64,000 nt of DNA, taken from the IMG/VR virus record IMGVR_UViG_3300021425_003044, positions 2,259 through 66,258 of that record, one strand, 5' to 3'. Of this stretch, positions 9,688 through 20,600 are shown piece after piece. The stretch comes from a virus. Within the stretch, counting starts at the first letter, position 1; each line of letters begins with the position of its first letter. The translations under genes and the position numbers were made by a program. Below the pieces are notes generated by a model that ran no database searches, had not been told where the DNA came from, and saw only the letters and a list, made by a program, of their open reading frames with translations.

Positions 9688-10390
9688 TATTTTATGTTTA
9701 AAGCACGGTAGTAAATACAGTTCTGATTATGCAAACAAATTATATTATGGTGTTAAAAAAAATCTTACACTTTCATTTAACTTTTATTGTCTTACTGAAA
9801 ATACTACAGCATTAGATCCTAACATAATACCTCTATCCTTACCCAATGAAACCTTAAATGGTTGGTGGTACAAGCCGTATATTTTTTCGAATGATTTACC
9901 AATAGATGGCACTATCCTTTATATAGATTTAGATGTAGTCATTACAGGATCTCTCGATAAACTTTTCTCCTTTGCACTAAAAAAATTTTGTATCATTAGA
10001 GATTTCAACAGGATTTTACGGCCCCATTACGATAGATTTAATAGTAGTGTGATGCGATTTGAAAGAGGAATGCTTGATAACTTATGGATAAATTTTAATA
10101 AAAATAGTTCTCGTATTATGAGTAAATATTTTGGAGATCAAGATTATATATACGCAGAAAAGAAAGGTCAAGCAGAATATTTTCCTGACAGATGGATCCA
10201 GAGTTGGAAGTGGGAAATTAGAAAAAATAAAAAATTTGCACCAGGTGGATTGCGTGGAAGAAGAAAACTTGCTACAATAGAAGATGTTACACCTCCTGAA
10301 GATTGTTGCATTGCCGTCTTCCATGGAGATCCTAATCCGCACTTATGCGATGACCCTTACATTAGAAAAACATGGATATACAAAGAATAG
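9674..10390 (+). CDS. GT-A fold glycosyltransferase (GT8-like)
   Basis: LKxGxKY, WWYK, YIDLDVVI (DxD), FNSSVM, GDQDYI, VFHGxPNP. Confidence 0.8.
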   Translation: MSTVNILCLKHGSKYSSDYANKLYYGVKKNLTLSFNFYCLTENTTALDPNIIPLSLPNETLNGWWYKPYIFSNDLPIDGTILYIDLDVVITGSLDKLFSFALKKFCIIRDFNRILRPHYDRFNSSVMRFERGMLDNLWINFNKNSSRIMSKYFGDQDYIYAEKKGQAEYFPDRWIQSWKWEIRKNKKFAPGGLRGRRKLATIEDVTPPEDCCIAVFHGDPNPHLCDDPYIRKTWIYKE

Positions 10391-11391
10391 GTTTTGCATG
10401 CAAGTATATGCATCCTGACCAAACATTAAAAAAGCAGCAGTTAGAAGAATGCCAAAGACCACTAAATACGAAATGCACCACTGTTGCGTGGTTGAATAGA
10501 CAAGAAAGGAACGTAGCAGAACAGCGTCTATGGGATATTATGGTCCATAATATTAAATCCTTAGAATTGCTAATCCGTTACGTAGGAGGTTTACCAGATG
10601 AATTACGAATGGTTAGGCTTGGTAGTGACATTCTGCCTGTATATACTGAGCCCAATTGGAGTTATTATTGGCGGCGTACTGATGTACGTGACTATGCAAA
10701 AAATGAATTACGAAAAGTTGGAGAAATCAGTCGTGCGTGTGACGTGCGCCTATCTATGCATCCTGGCCAGTTTACTGTACTGGCAAGTGATAATGCCGAT
10801 ATTGTTGAACGTAGTATAGAGGAGTTTGAATATCATGTGGATATCGCACGTTGGTTGGGCTACGGTAAAAGATTCCAAGACTTTAAAATCAACGTACACA
10901 TTGCAGGTAGACAAGGTCCGGCAGGCATCAAAGCTGTACTGCCAAGATTATCCCCAGAAGCAAGGAATACCATCACAATTGAGAATGACGAAAACTCGTG
11001 GGGACTTGAATCAAGCCTTGAGCTCGAAAAAGACCTCGCACTCGTACTTGACATACACCACCACTGGATTAAAACAGGTGAATACATCCAACCCACAGAT
11101 GATAGATATAAACGTGTAATAGACAGTTGGAGAGGTTTACGTCCTACCATACATTATTCTTACAGTCGCAATGAGCATTTACCAGCAAATTTTGTACACA
11201 ACGATTTTCCTAATATGGAACAATTACTCGCACAAGGTTGTAAGAAACAAAAACTGCGAGCACATAGTGACTACTATCCTAACCCTGTTGTTAATCAATG
11301 GGCTGCTAGTTTCAGAGAAACAGCAGACATCATGTGCGAATCTAAATGCAAAAATCTTGCAAGCATTGAATTTTATGAAAGTATAACATGA
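10372..11391 (+). CDS. uvsE: UV damage endonuclease (UVDE)
   Basis: RIGFACK, RLGSDILP, RLSMHPGQF, IENDE, VLDIHHH, HSDY, MCESK. Confidence 0.92.
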   Translation: MDIQRIGFACKYMHPDQTLKKQQLEECQRPLNTKCTTVAWLNRQERNVAEQRLWDIMVHNIKSLELLIRYVGGLPDELRMVRLGSDILPVYTEPNWSYYWRRTDVRDYAKNELRKVGEISRACDVRLSMHPGQFTVLASDNADIVERSIEEFEYHVDIARWLGYGKRFQDFKINVHIAGRQGPAGIKAVLPRLSPEARNTITIENDENSWGLESSLELEKDLALVLDIHHHWIKTGEYIQPTDDRYKRVIDSWRGLRPTIHYSYSRNEHLPANFVHNDFPNMEQLLAQGCKKQKLRAHSDYYPNPVVNQWAASFRETADIMCESKCKNLASIEFYESIT

Positions 11392-12209
11392 ACGATGAAA
11401 TTACCTTTTTAGGCATTCAAATGGATTGCACACCAGATCCTTTACACAATGCAAAAACTATAGCAAATGCTATAGATGAAAATCCCCAAGCTGAGTATGC
11501 AGTAACTCCTGAATGTGCTTTAACAGGATATTCTAATCTTTGGCAAATGAATGCAGAGGAAGCATTAGATATTGTAGCTCAGGCTGCTCGCAGAAATCAA
11601 ACAGCAGTATTTTTAGGAGCTATTTGGAAATTTGATCAAATGCATCCAGAAAATACTTGTTTAATTTTAGACAAAGATGGTGGCATCGTAGATCATTATA
11701 GTAAAACTTTAATAATTTCTTTAGATCAACGTTTAGGCATTGTTCCCGGAAATAAACTCCAAACAATTCCTTTGCCAAGTCATCCTGATATTAGAGCAGG
11801 CATAATGATTTGTAATGACTTCTGGGGATCTCCTATGATCAATGCACCTACAATGCCGACACAACACGCTCAACTCGGCGGCGCAAATATATTCATTCAT
11901 TTAACGAATGGTGATAGAGGCATTGGCAAAACCCACGACAAAGTATATTGGGATTGGCATACTGCCTGGCTACAAATGATGTCAAGATATCATATGCTGC
12001 CTGTAATTTCAGTTGATAACAGTTGCGGCATAGATGGGCAACCATACAATGGTCGTACTGCTAGTCCTAGCGGAGTTTGGATATTAGGGAGAAGTCAAGT
12101 TGAAGTACCAGATAAAGGGGAATACAATTTTACTTATGGCATTCATAAATCATATCTTACATTCGATCCATATTCTAATCCTTTTGTTAACGCTAACCTA
12201 GAACTTTAA
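11388..12209 (+). CDS. carbon-nitrogen hydrolase (nitrilase superfamily)
   Basis: E-K-C triad: TPECALTGY, YSKT, MICNDFW. Confidence 0.85.
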   Translation: MNDEITFLGIQMDCTPDPLHNAKTIANAIDENPQAEYAVTPECALTGYSNLWQMNAEEALDIVAQAARRNQTAVFLGAIWKFDQMHPENTCLILDKDGGIVDHYSKTLIISLDQRLGIVPGNKLQTIPLPSHPDIRAGIMICNDFWGSPMINAPTMPTQHAQLGGANIFIHLTNGDRGIGKTHDKVYWDWHTAWLQMMSRYHMLPVISVDNSCGIDGQPYNGRTASPSGVWILGRSQVEVPDKGEYNFTYGIHKSYLTFDPYSNPFVNANLEL

Positions 12210-12213
12210 CCAT

Positions 12214-12492
12214 ATGCAAAAAATAATCAAGTTCTTCAAGGAGAGCTATCAGGCAAGTCCGCTAGCAACATATTGCGAGCTGCTTGAAGCATCTTTTTTA
12301 ATCGTAGCAAGTGCTATACTGAGTTTTACTATACTAGACCCTGCCACTACTATCTTTATACCACTTTATCTAGTGGGTAGCATACTGGCGGTTATAAGCA
12401 CTTATATCCGTCGTAGCAGTGCGATTGTCTTATGCCTGTGGTTTACTGCTATGAACGGATGGGCTTTTATACAGTTGTTCTTTTTAGGCTAA
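12214..12492 (+). CDS. small 3-TM membrane protein (paralog of 55512-55799)
   Basis: Three hydrophobic segments; aligns by eye with ORF 55512. Confidence 0.7.
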   Translation: MQKIIKFFKESYQASPLATYCELLEASFLIVASAILSFTILDPATTIFIPLYLVGSILAVISTYIRRSSAIVLCLWFTAMNGWAFIQLFFLG

Positions 12493-12495
12493 ATA
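12489..12495 (+). promoter_or_regulatory. late promoter element CTAAATA
   Basis: Overlaps upstream stop and precedes amidoligase start 12522. Confidence 0.55.
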
Positions 12496-12521
12496 AAGCA
12501 AAAAGCCGGAGCGTAGACCGA

Positions 12522-13940
12522 ATGCTATTAAGACAGTTATTTGAACAACAATTAAACGAAGCACAGTTAAGCGATATCACTATAGGTTTTGAAATTGAAT
12601 GCGTCATAGACGGAGATATGATCAAAGTCTATAATGATCTTGCAAAGAAATATAATGTAGACGGAGGCAGTGATTCCAGCATTCAGCCTAATACTGTCTA
12701 CGGAAATGAAATTGGAATGGAGTTTAGGATAGGTGCTTTAGCAAAAGGTGGACAGATGGCTGCTACCCCTGCTAATATTATGACCTGTGCAAACTTTGTA
12801 CATGATATTTTTAAACTAGGTGCTTACACAAATCGAACATGCGGAATGCATGCACATTTTGGTTTAGGTCCTATCACTAAGATGAGTACTGTTGAGTCTA
12901 GTTGGGTTGCTGTGATGATGTTACAGAGTCCATTATTCGAACAACTGTACACCACTTACAAAGGTCAAAACCTTTATGACAACGATTATGCAAATGTACA
13001 AACTGTAAAAGACAGTGTAGATGAAATTGTACACATGGCGCAAGAAATGAAAGGTGAAGGTGAAGACAAGGAAGAGATAGTTGAATATCTATTTGAAAAT
13101 TTGTTTAATCGAGATGAGTTTGAAAAATATTCAGCACTCTTTCCGCATGGGCAAGGTACACTTGAATGGCGTGGGTTGCGTGGAGTACTCAACGATAAAA
13201 GACAAAACATTAACTATGAAACTATACTAGGGTTTTTTAAACTTGCATTAAGTTTTGCTAGAACAATTAAAATGATAATGAACAAGTATAATGAACTTTC
13301 TATAGCTGGTGTTAAGATGCGAGACTTACAAGAACACGGTGCCAGCTACGGTATAGAAAAACAACAAGAAGTTAAATCAAACGTCATTCCGTTAATAAAA
13401 GTTTCAGGTCTTAACAACGGAATGCAAAAGATCTTTATTCAGCACTTTGCAAAGCAATTAAAGCAGCCTAGATATAAAAGAGAATATTGGGCTAGGGCAA
13501 ATAGCGTTTTCAAAAACGATTTACGATTTGCTGCGCCTGTTTTAAACTACTTTTATGATAAATTCAAACAATATGATTTATCAATAAAAGAAGATTATCT
13601 TGTGTCAGCAGAATTTCCTATAGTTGCAAAAGAATTTATTAGAAGAGAAGATATTGTTATAGATGATATGTGGCGTAAAGGTAGAGACTTTGGAATTCTT
13701 TTAAGCTTTGTGTTTAAGCATTGTAATTTTATTGCGAAAGACATATCATTCTTCGAAAATCACGGCAGGATGCTTTTCCGTGTTCCTACCATAGACGAAA
13801 CAAATAAAATAATTGTAAAAGACAAAAAAGACGAAGCTAAGTTAGACAAAGCACTTGCAATGGTAACACCGAAAAACAAAAGATTTATGGATGTAAGGAG
13901 GTTTGTTGAAATAGACCCGTCAAAGTTTACTAATGTCTAA
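12522..13940 (+). CDS. putative amidoligase (Amidoligase_2, COOH-NH2 ligase) with N-terminal capsid-targeting-like tag
   Basis: TIGFEIEC, DSSI, MEF, TNRTCGMHAHFG, KY, GTLEWRG; start reassigned to ATG 12522 (GGAG upstream) giving MLLRQLFEQQLNEA. Confidence 0.75.
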   Translation: MLLRQLFEQQLNEAQLSDITIGFEIECVIDGDMIKVYNDLAKKYNVDGGSDSSIQPNTVYGNEIGMEFRIGALAKGGQMAATPANIMTCANFVHDIFKLGAYTNRTCGMHAHFGLGPITKMSTVESSWVAVMMLQSPLFEQLYTTYKGQNLYDNDYANVQTVKDSVDEIVHMAQEMKGEGEDKEEIVEYLFENLFNRDEFEKYSALFPHGQGTLEWRGLRGVLNDKRQNINYETILGFFKLALSFARTIKMIMNKYNELSIAGVKMRDLQEHGASYGIEKQQEVKSNVIPLIKVSGLNNGMQKIFIQHFAKQLKQPRYKREYWARANSVFKNDLRFAAPVLNYFYDKFKQYDLSIKEDYLVSAEFPIVAKEFIRREDIVIDDMWRKGRDFGILLSFVFKHCNFIAKDISFFENHGRMLFRVPTIDETNKIIVKDKKDEAKLDKALAMVTPKNKRFMDVRRFVEIDPSKFTNV

Positions 13941-14207
13941 ATTGCTGCTTGCTGGCAAATCCCAAACTGCTTTCCGTTCTTGACCTTTCCGCTGTGCAAA
14001 TCTCTTTGCATCACAATTTCCGCATACATGAAACACATTATTGTTTATCCTACTAGGATCCATCTTGCCTCTTTGGCGTGTAAAAACTTCATTACAACAA
14101 TCACAGCGCATGACAAGGATTGTTGCTTGTCTATGATATGTATGTTCTAATCCTGTTTTCGATTTCCTTATAAATTTGTTTTTTATAGTACGTTGCTCTA
14201 TAAACAT
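13920..14207 (-). CDS. small zinc-ribbon-like hypothetical protein
   Basis: CDCC and HVCxxC motifs; TAAATA element 5 nt upstream on the minus strand. Confidence 0.7.
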   Translation of the reverse strand: MFIEQRTIKNKFIRKSKTGLEHTYHRQATILVMRCDCCNEVFTRQRGKMDPSRINNNVFHVCGNCDAKRFAQRKGQERKAVWDLPASSNLDISKL

Positions 14208-14212
14208 ATAAG

Positions 14213-14251
14213 TATTTACTACATTAAGATTACAAAATTAACACATAAATA
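14213..14251. promoter_or_regulatory. divergent pair of late promoter elements
   Basis: AGTAAATA on the - strand (14213-14220) and CATAAATA on the + strand (14244-14251). Confidence 0.6.
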
Positions 14252-14270
14252 TATTCATAAGAGGTAAAAA

Positions 14271-14645
14271 ATGTCATTTGTAATTATCACAGATAAAGCA
14301 AAAGAAAAAATTAATCAATTGTGCAAAGAAAATAATGTATATGCCATAACCTTAAATTTAAAAGGCGGTGGTTGTGCAGGATATCAATACGACTGGGGAG
14401 TAACTGATACTCCAACAAGACATGATGAAGTTATCAGCACAGGAGATGGAAATTTAGCAATAGGTAAAAAAAGTATGTTATTTTTAATGGGTACAGAAAT
14501 AGATTATATAACCAGTATAGTAGGATCTAATTTTGACATACGAAATCCAAATGCAAAATCCAGTTGTGGTTGTGGTACCAGTGTAAGCTTTGATGTTAGT
14601 ACCTTACCAACAGAGAAAAAACCAGTGTTTACGCCAACCTGGTAA
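14271..14645 (+). CDS. iscA: A-type Fe-S cluster carrier (IscA/SufA/HesB)
   Basis: GGGCAGYQY and NPNAKSSCGCGTS. Confidence 0.92.
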   Translation: MSFVIITDKAKEKINQLCKENNVYAITLNLKGGGCAGYQYDWGVTDTPTRHDEVISTGDGNLAIGKKSMLFLMGTEIDYITSIVGSNFDIRNPNAKSSCGCGTSVSFDVSTLPTEKKPVFTPTW

Positions 14646-14662
14646 ACCAATAGGAGTAATGA

Positions 14663-17600
14663 ATGGCTAGACAAGAAGTTAACATAGGTGTAGAAGGAAA
14701 TGACGGCACCGGTGATAGTATTAGACAATCATTTAGAAAAGTAAATGAGAATTTTGTAGAACTTTATGCAGTTTTTGGTTTAGGAGGAAGAATTGAATTT
14801 ACTACACTTAGCGATACTCCTAATGTTTTAACTCCTCATAGTATACCATTAGTAAATGCAGCTGGAGATTATATAAGTTTAGTTGAATTGGCAACAGATG
14901 AAACAAATTCAGTTGAATTTGAATTTGTGGATGGTGTAGGCGATACGCCTGGACAACTAATAATTAAAGCTGGATTCACCAGGGTCGCAGATGACACAAC
15001 GCCTAAATTAGGGGGATCTCTGTATGCATCAAATTTTGTTATTGCTGGCAGTATAGTAGATCAAGATGCGCTAGATTTATTAAACATTCAAAATAATACA
15101 AATTTAACAGTAGATAATATTGTTATTACAAAAGGATATGCTGATTTACGATATATTACATCGGAAGCTCCTATTCCTATTAAAGATGAGCCAACTGGCA
15201 TTGCTCAATATACATGGGAGATTTTTGATTATATTTCTACACCAGGAGCTTATGAATCAAGTTTATACATTGTTTCTAGGAAAGATCCATTTACACAACA
15301 AGAGGTTATAGGAGGACACGGTTTAGACAGTGCTTATAACGGAACAGAAGTTACGTTTGTAGCTAACTTACAAGCACCTACTGCGTTGATTGATAGTACT
15401 ACTATTACACCAGGCAATCCTACTGGTGATATTTTAAGCCCTTTGTATATACGTGTGATTAGTGATAATCATTTATGGCTTTTTACTAATAGAGAATTTG
15501 CTACTGCACAGGACCCTGCTATAGCTGCTGACAACAAATTAGATATTACAACAGCAGAAATTGGTGAAGGAGACGTGCACACTATCACCCTTTCAGCACT
15601 CGATACTACCTTATCTGGAAATTTTTTATCTAATCAAGCTGTGCCACGTAAATCGGTAGTGCTTAGGGGTGGAGATACAATGACTGGACCTCTGTATTTG
15701 TCAGACCATCCTGGCGATATACAAGGATCAGGAACACCAAACGGCATTGAAGATCTGCAGGCTGCTACAAAATTATATGTAGATCAAGGGGCTGCACATA
15801 GTTCTCCTGAAGTTCTATTTGTAAGCACAGGAGGTGACGATTCAATGCAAGGAGTACCAGCAGGTAAAGAAGGAACTGCTGATGCATATGCATTTAGAAC
15901 TATCGGAGCTGCTGCTGCAAGAGCAGATGAAATGATTAGAACTGCAGAATCAACCCCTGGACCATACATTCAAACCTGTACATATACAGATAATAATGTT
16001 ACTTTAAAAAGCAAAGTTTTAGAAACATTTATAGATGGAGGGACTCAGCAAGGAGGATACAATTTAAATTCAAGAACTTTACTACTACTTAATAGAAAAT
16101 TTATCCAAAAAGAAACAATAAGCTATATAAACAAAACATATCCTAACTTCCAATACGATGTAGATTATTGTGAAAGAGATATAGGATTGTTAATAGATGC
16201 TATTAGGTATGACCTTTACCGTGGCTTGAATACAAATACTTTAACGTTCCAAGCTGCAGAAAGATATTATTCTTCAGTCAGTGGACGTAGAGCTATTACA
16301 GTTCAACAATCGCAAACTATTGCAGCAATTAATTTTGCATCAGCCCTAAGTGTTGATGTTTTAAATCAACAGCAACCATTTCGAATACTTGTCCAAAGCA
16401 TAAATTTAGGAAGTCCTGCTCAATTAACAATTAGTTCAGCACTTTCAAATGATTACAACGACGGAGATTTAATAACCTTTCTAGGTATACCTGAAAATGA
16501 ATCTATGAGTGTTTTAAATAATGAAGCATTCTATATTAGGATTGATGAAGATAGGTTAATAATCTATCTTTACACAGATGAAGATTTAATTAATCCATAC
16601 AGCACAGAAAATATAGGAAGTGCATATGTCAACACAAGTGATTTTGCATATTTTGGTAAAATATACCAAACAGAAGAAGAACAAATATTTGACGAAACTG
16701 TAGGAGATGTAACATTTGCTGAGATCAGTGCTGTAGAAACAAAATGGACATTAATAACTGATATTATTAAAGATATCGATTCACCGTTGCTACCAGATAT
16801 TAATTACGGTGCAGTTTACAAAGTTGTAGTAAGTAATGGCAATATTGGATTCTTAGATCAAACATCTGATGTGAATTCAGATGCATTACCTGGTAAAGTA
16901 TTACGAGGTAAACGATCTGAAGCAATAGGTAGGATAGTAAGATTTAATAATAATGATATTTTAAATGCACAAGGCACAGAGCTTCAGCCTACCACTTTTG
17001 ATTTGCATTTACTATCAGCCAAAGACTTTGAACCAGATGAAGAATTAGAATATGCAAATTATATTAAAAAGAAAGAAATTGTAATTAGAGTAGAAGCAGG
17101 AAACTATTATGAGGATTACCCAATAAAAATTTCAAATAATGTTTCTTTAAAAGGAGATGAATTTAGACGTGTTATTATACAACCTAAAATAGAAGCACTT
17201 TCAAACCAACCTAGGATTTCGCAAAGTAAATGGGCAAATACTTATTTTTACAGAGATAGCTATTTTGATGGTTTAACATTAACAGCTAATGGTACAAGCC
17301 AATTTGTAAACCAATTAGGGGAAAATCAAGGTTGGTTTGGTTATCATTATTTAAATGATCCTTCAACTCCTATTAACGTACATAATGGAATTGCAATTGA
17401 AAATCCTTTAGGCAATACAACTGCTGCTAAAATTTTAGAAAAAAATGAAGATTTCTTAGCAGCAGAAGTACTACATTTTGTAAATGTTACCTATCCAAGT
17501 TTAAATTATGATCAAGCGAAGTGTGAAAGAGACGTTCGTATGATTGTTGATGCTTTATATCATGATTTAATTTACGGGGGAGAAGAAAAAACATTAGAAA

Positions 17601-20600
17601 CACAAGGATCATATCATGGAAGTTCTTATCAAGAATCTAATAATGTTTTAGAAGATAACCCCGGACAAGTTGATGCAACTATTGCGGCAATGATGCAATT
17701 AAAAAGTCTCGCTCAAAGTCTTTTAAGTGGAACAATTCCTGCTTATACAAATACAGCCGAATCTCCTGTAGAATTACGAAATGCAATTGGACAATTATTA
17801 GAAGGAGAAACTGACACTGTTGAAAATATTGGCAAAATGATTGATAAAATTTCTTTCGTATTTGACGCAGATTACAATCCTCCTAAAAGAACTGACGAAA
17901 TGGATGTATTCCTACTTGGAGATACAACTATTATAAGAAATGTTACTTGCAGAGGCCATGGTGGATTTATGTGTGTTTTAGATCCAGATGGACAAATACT
18001 CACAAAATCACCATATACCCAAACGGCATCTAGCTTTTCTCGGAGTTTAAATAAACAAGTCTTTGCAGGCGGTATGTTTGTAGATGCTTTTGTGGGTAAT
18101 CTTCCTGTAACAGTTATGCAAGATCCTAACATTGATCCATACAAACTTTATGTCACAAGTGCAGCCGGGGAAGGTTTATTTATTAGACCGCCTCAATTAC
18201 CTTGTCCTTTCTATTTGGACGGGATACGATATCAAGTAAATGCTATATCAAATTATGATCAAGCAGCAGGAACAGCGTACATTTACCTTGATAAAACATC
18301 AGGTGGTGGTGCTGGATTTAATGTTGGTACTATTCCTGTAGAAGGCGTGTCTATATTTTTACAAACTGCTGGAAATAGGTCCTTGCTTGCTAACGACTTT
18401 ACACAAGTTAATGATTTAGGTTACGGATTAGTTGTAACAAATGGTGCTTTCTCAGAACAAGTATCTATGTTTACATATTATTGTCATACAGCATATTATG
18501 CTTGTAATGGTGCAGAAATTAGGTCCCTTAACGGATCAAATGGCTATGGAAATTTTGCTCTCGTATCCGAAGGAGCAGATCCTAACGAGATTCCAGATCA
18601 AGTACTTCTTAAAAATACTATGGCTAGACCTGCTGAAATATATGCAGGAATTGGTAGCACAAGTGGTGCAACATATAATGCTAATGAAGGCAGTAGTTTT
18701 TTAATACTTACCAATATGCTTGTTCCTCCATTACCTCAAAGTATTATTACTATTGACCACGGTGGACAAACAAATGCTGCTGGAGAAGCATTTAACATTT
18801 TACATTATAGAATTGCAAGTGTTAGCAGTCTCACAGCTTTAGTAGGAGATGTGTCAACTGGTGCAGTAGATACAACTCTATATAGAGTAGAATTAAGAGC
18901 AGATGATGTTTTCGTTGAAGATTATTTCGGTTTACTTGCAACAAATTTAACAAATGGTACATATGTAGATTATACAGATAATATTCAAAATTATTTTTAC
19001 AATGTTGCTATTCCTGAAAGATTAGTTACTCGACCTAGTACAGCAATAAATTTTGATGAAAGTGACGAAATCACATATCGGAGTTTAGACTTCCAAACAG
19101 AAGATCCTTACGGTGCTTCTTTAGCTGCAGATGAGATAAGAGTTACCCTTGAACAAAATTTTGATTTTATACAACTTGTACCATACCAAGCAAAAACTGG
19201 ACAGGGGTATAATCAGACAGGTAATACTTGGGCAGCAATAGAAACGCTACCTGCTGGAGGAACGTATACTGACGATGTAAGAATTATAGATCCGACTAGT
19301 CCTAAAGTTTTTTCATTCCAAGGTAGATCACATAGGATCGTTACATATTCAGTAGTCCAAGAGGTACAAGGCTTAGCTACGATACCCGGTGTAACCAAAG
19401 ACGATGATATTACCCAATCAAATGGATTTAGTGCTAAGGTGGCTTGGAATAATGGAGGCTATGACCTTGAACTATATAACGTTGTAGGAACATGGGATCC
19501 TAATTTAGCATACGAAATTAATACTGTTGCCCAACCATTAAGCACATCATCAACTTTTATTCCAACTACTGATTGGGCTGTTATACAGTTTACTGATGAA
19601 TTTGATATTGTAGGGACAGGTACAGGTTTAGCAAATAATATCTCGGCAGACTACGAATTTATATTTGCAGGATTAGCTGCTAATTCTACAGCAGAAATCA
19701 CAATTGCTATATCATTACTTAGAGCAACAGGACATGATTTTACACAAATTGGTACTGGTGGTTACAACACAAGTAATTATCCGAATGTAATTTTAGGTGA
19801 TCCATTAATACCGTTAACTGATCTTTATTGGACAAATGCTCCAGATGGACAGAGTTCAGCACAGGTATGGGAAAAACGCAAGGGGAGAGTATTTTGGGTT
19901 AGTACAGATCAATACGGATTTTTCCGAGTTGGTAGATTCTTTAGTGTTGACCAAGGTACAGGTGCAATCACATTTAGTGGAGAAGTAGGAATATCAAATG
20001 CAAATGCATTAGGATTCAAAAAAGGCGTTACGATTGACGAATTTTCCGCTGACGAATCTATGATAGACGATAGCGGATCAGCAGTTCCTACAGAAAAAGC
20101 AATAAGAAGTTATATAACACAGGTGTTAGGAACAAACCCTCATGCTAATCCTAGCTTTCCTGGATCAGGATTTATGCCTTTATCAGGACTGTCTACTTTG
20201 CCTACTCCTGTAGAAATGTCTGGCAATTTAGGATTAGGCGGGAACAAAATTGAAGATGTAGGAGTTCCGCAAAACGGCAATGATGCAGTAAATAAAAATT
20301 ACGTAGATAAAAATATAGGTAACTTTGATTCTTTTGGCAAATTAAAAGATTTTATGCCAGCCATAAGACAAGTTGATAACACATTAGGTGTTCCTTCTCC
20401 TAACAGTTTAGCACAACCAATCCAAGAAAATGAAATTTTTGTAAGCTCAGGATCTTACATAATTTACATTACAACAGACGACATTACAGGATCATTTGAT
20501 GACGGAGCAGAAATAAGGAATGCAGCAAATCCCAGTTTAGCTAATGTTTTTGGAGATATAGTACAATCAATTGCTTATGCAGATCCGATATACGGTAACG

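Noticed and set aside
12432-12521. Track-assigned longer N-termini (12432, 43687, 61895, 59848, 6531, 7574, 37178)
   Set aside because: They overlap upstream genes or promoter elements; downstream starts have better SD, coupling or promoter spacing
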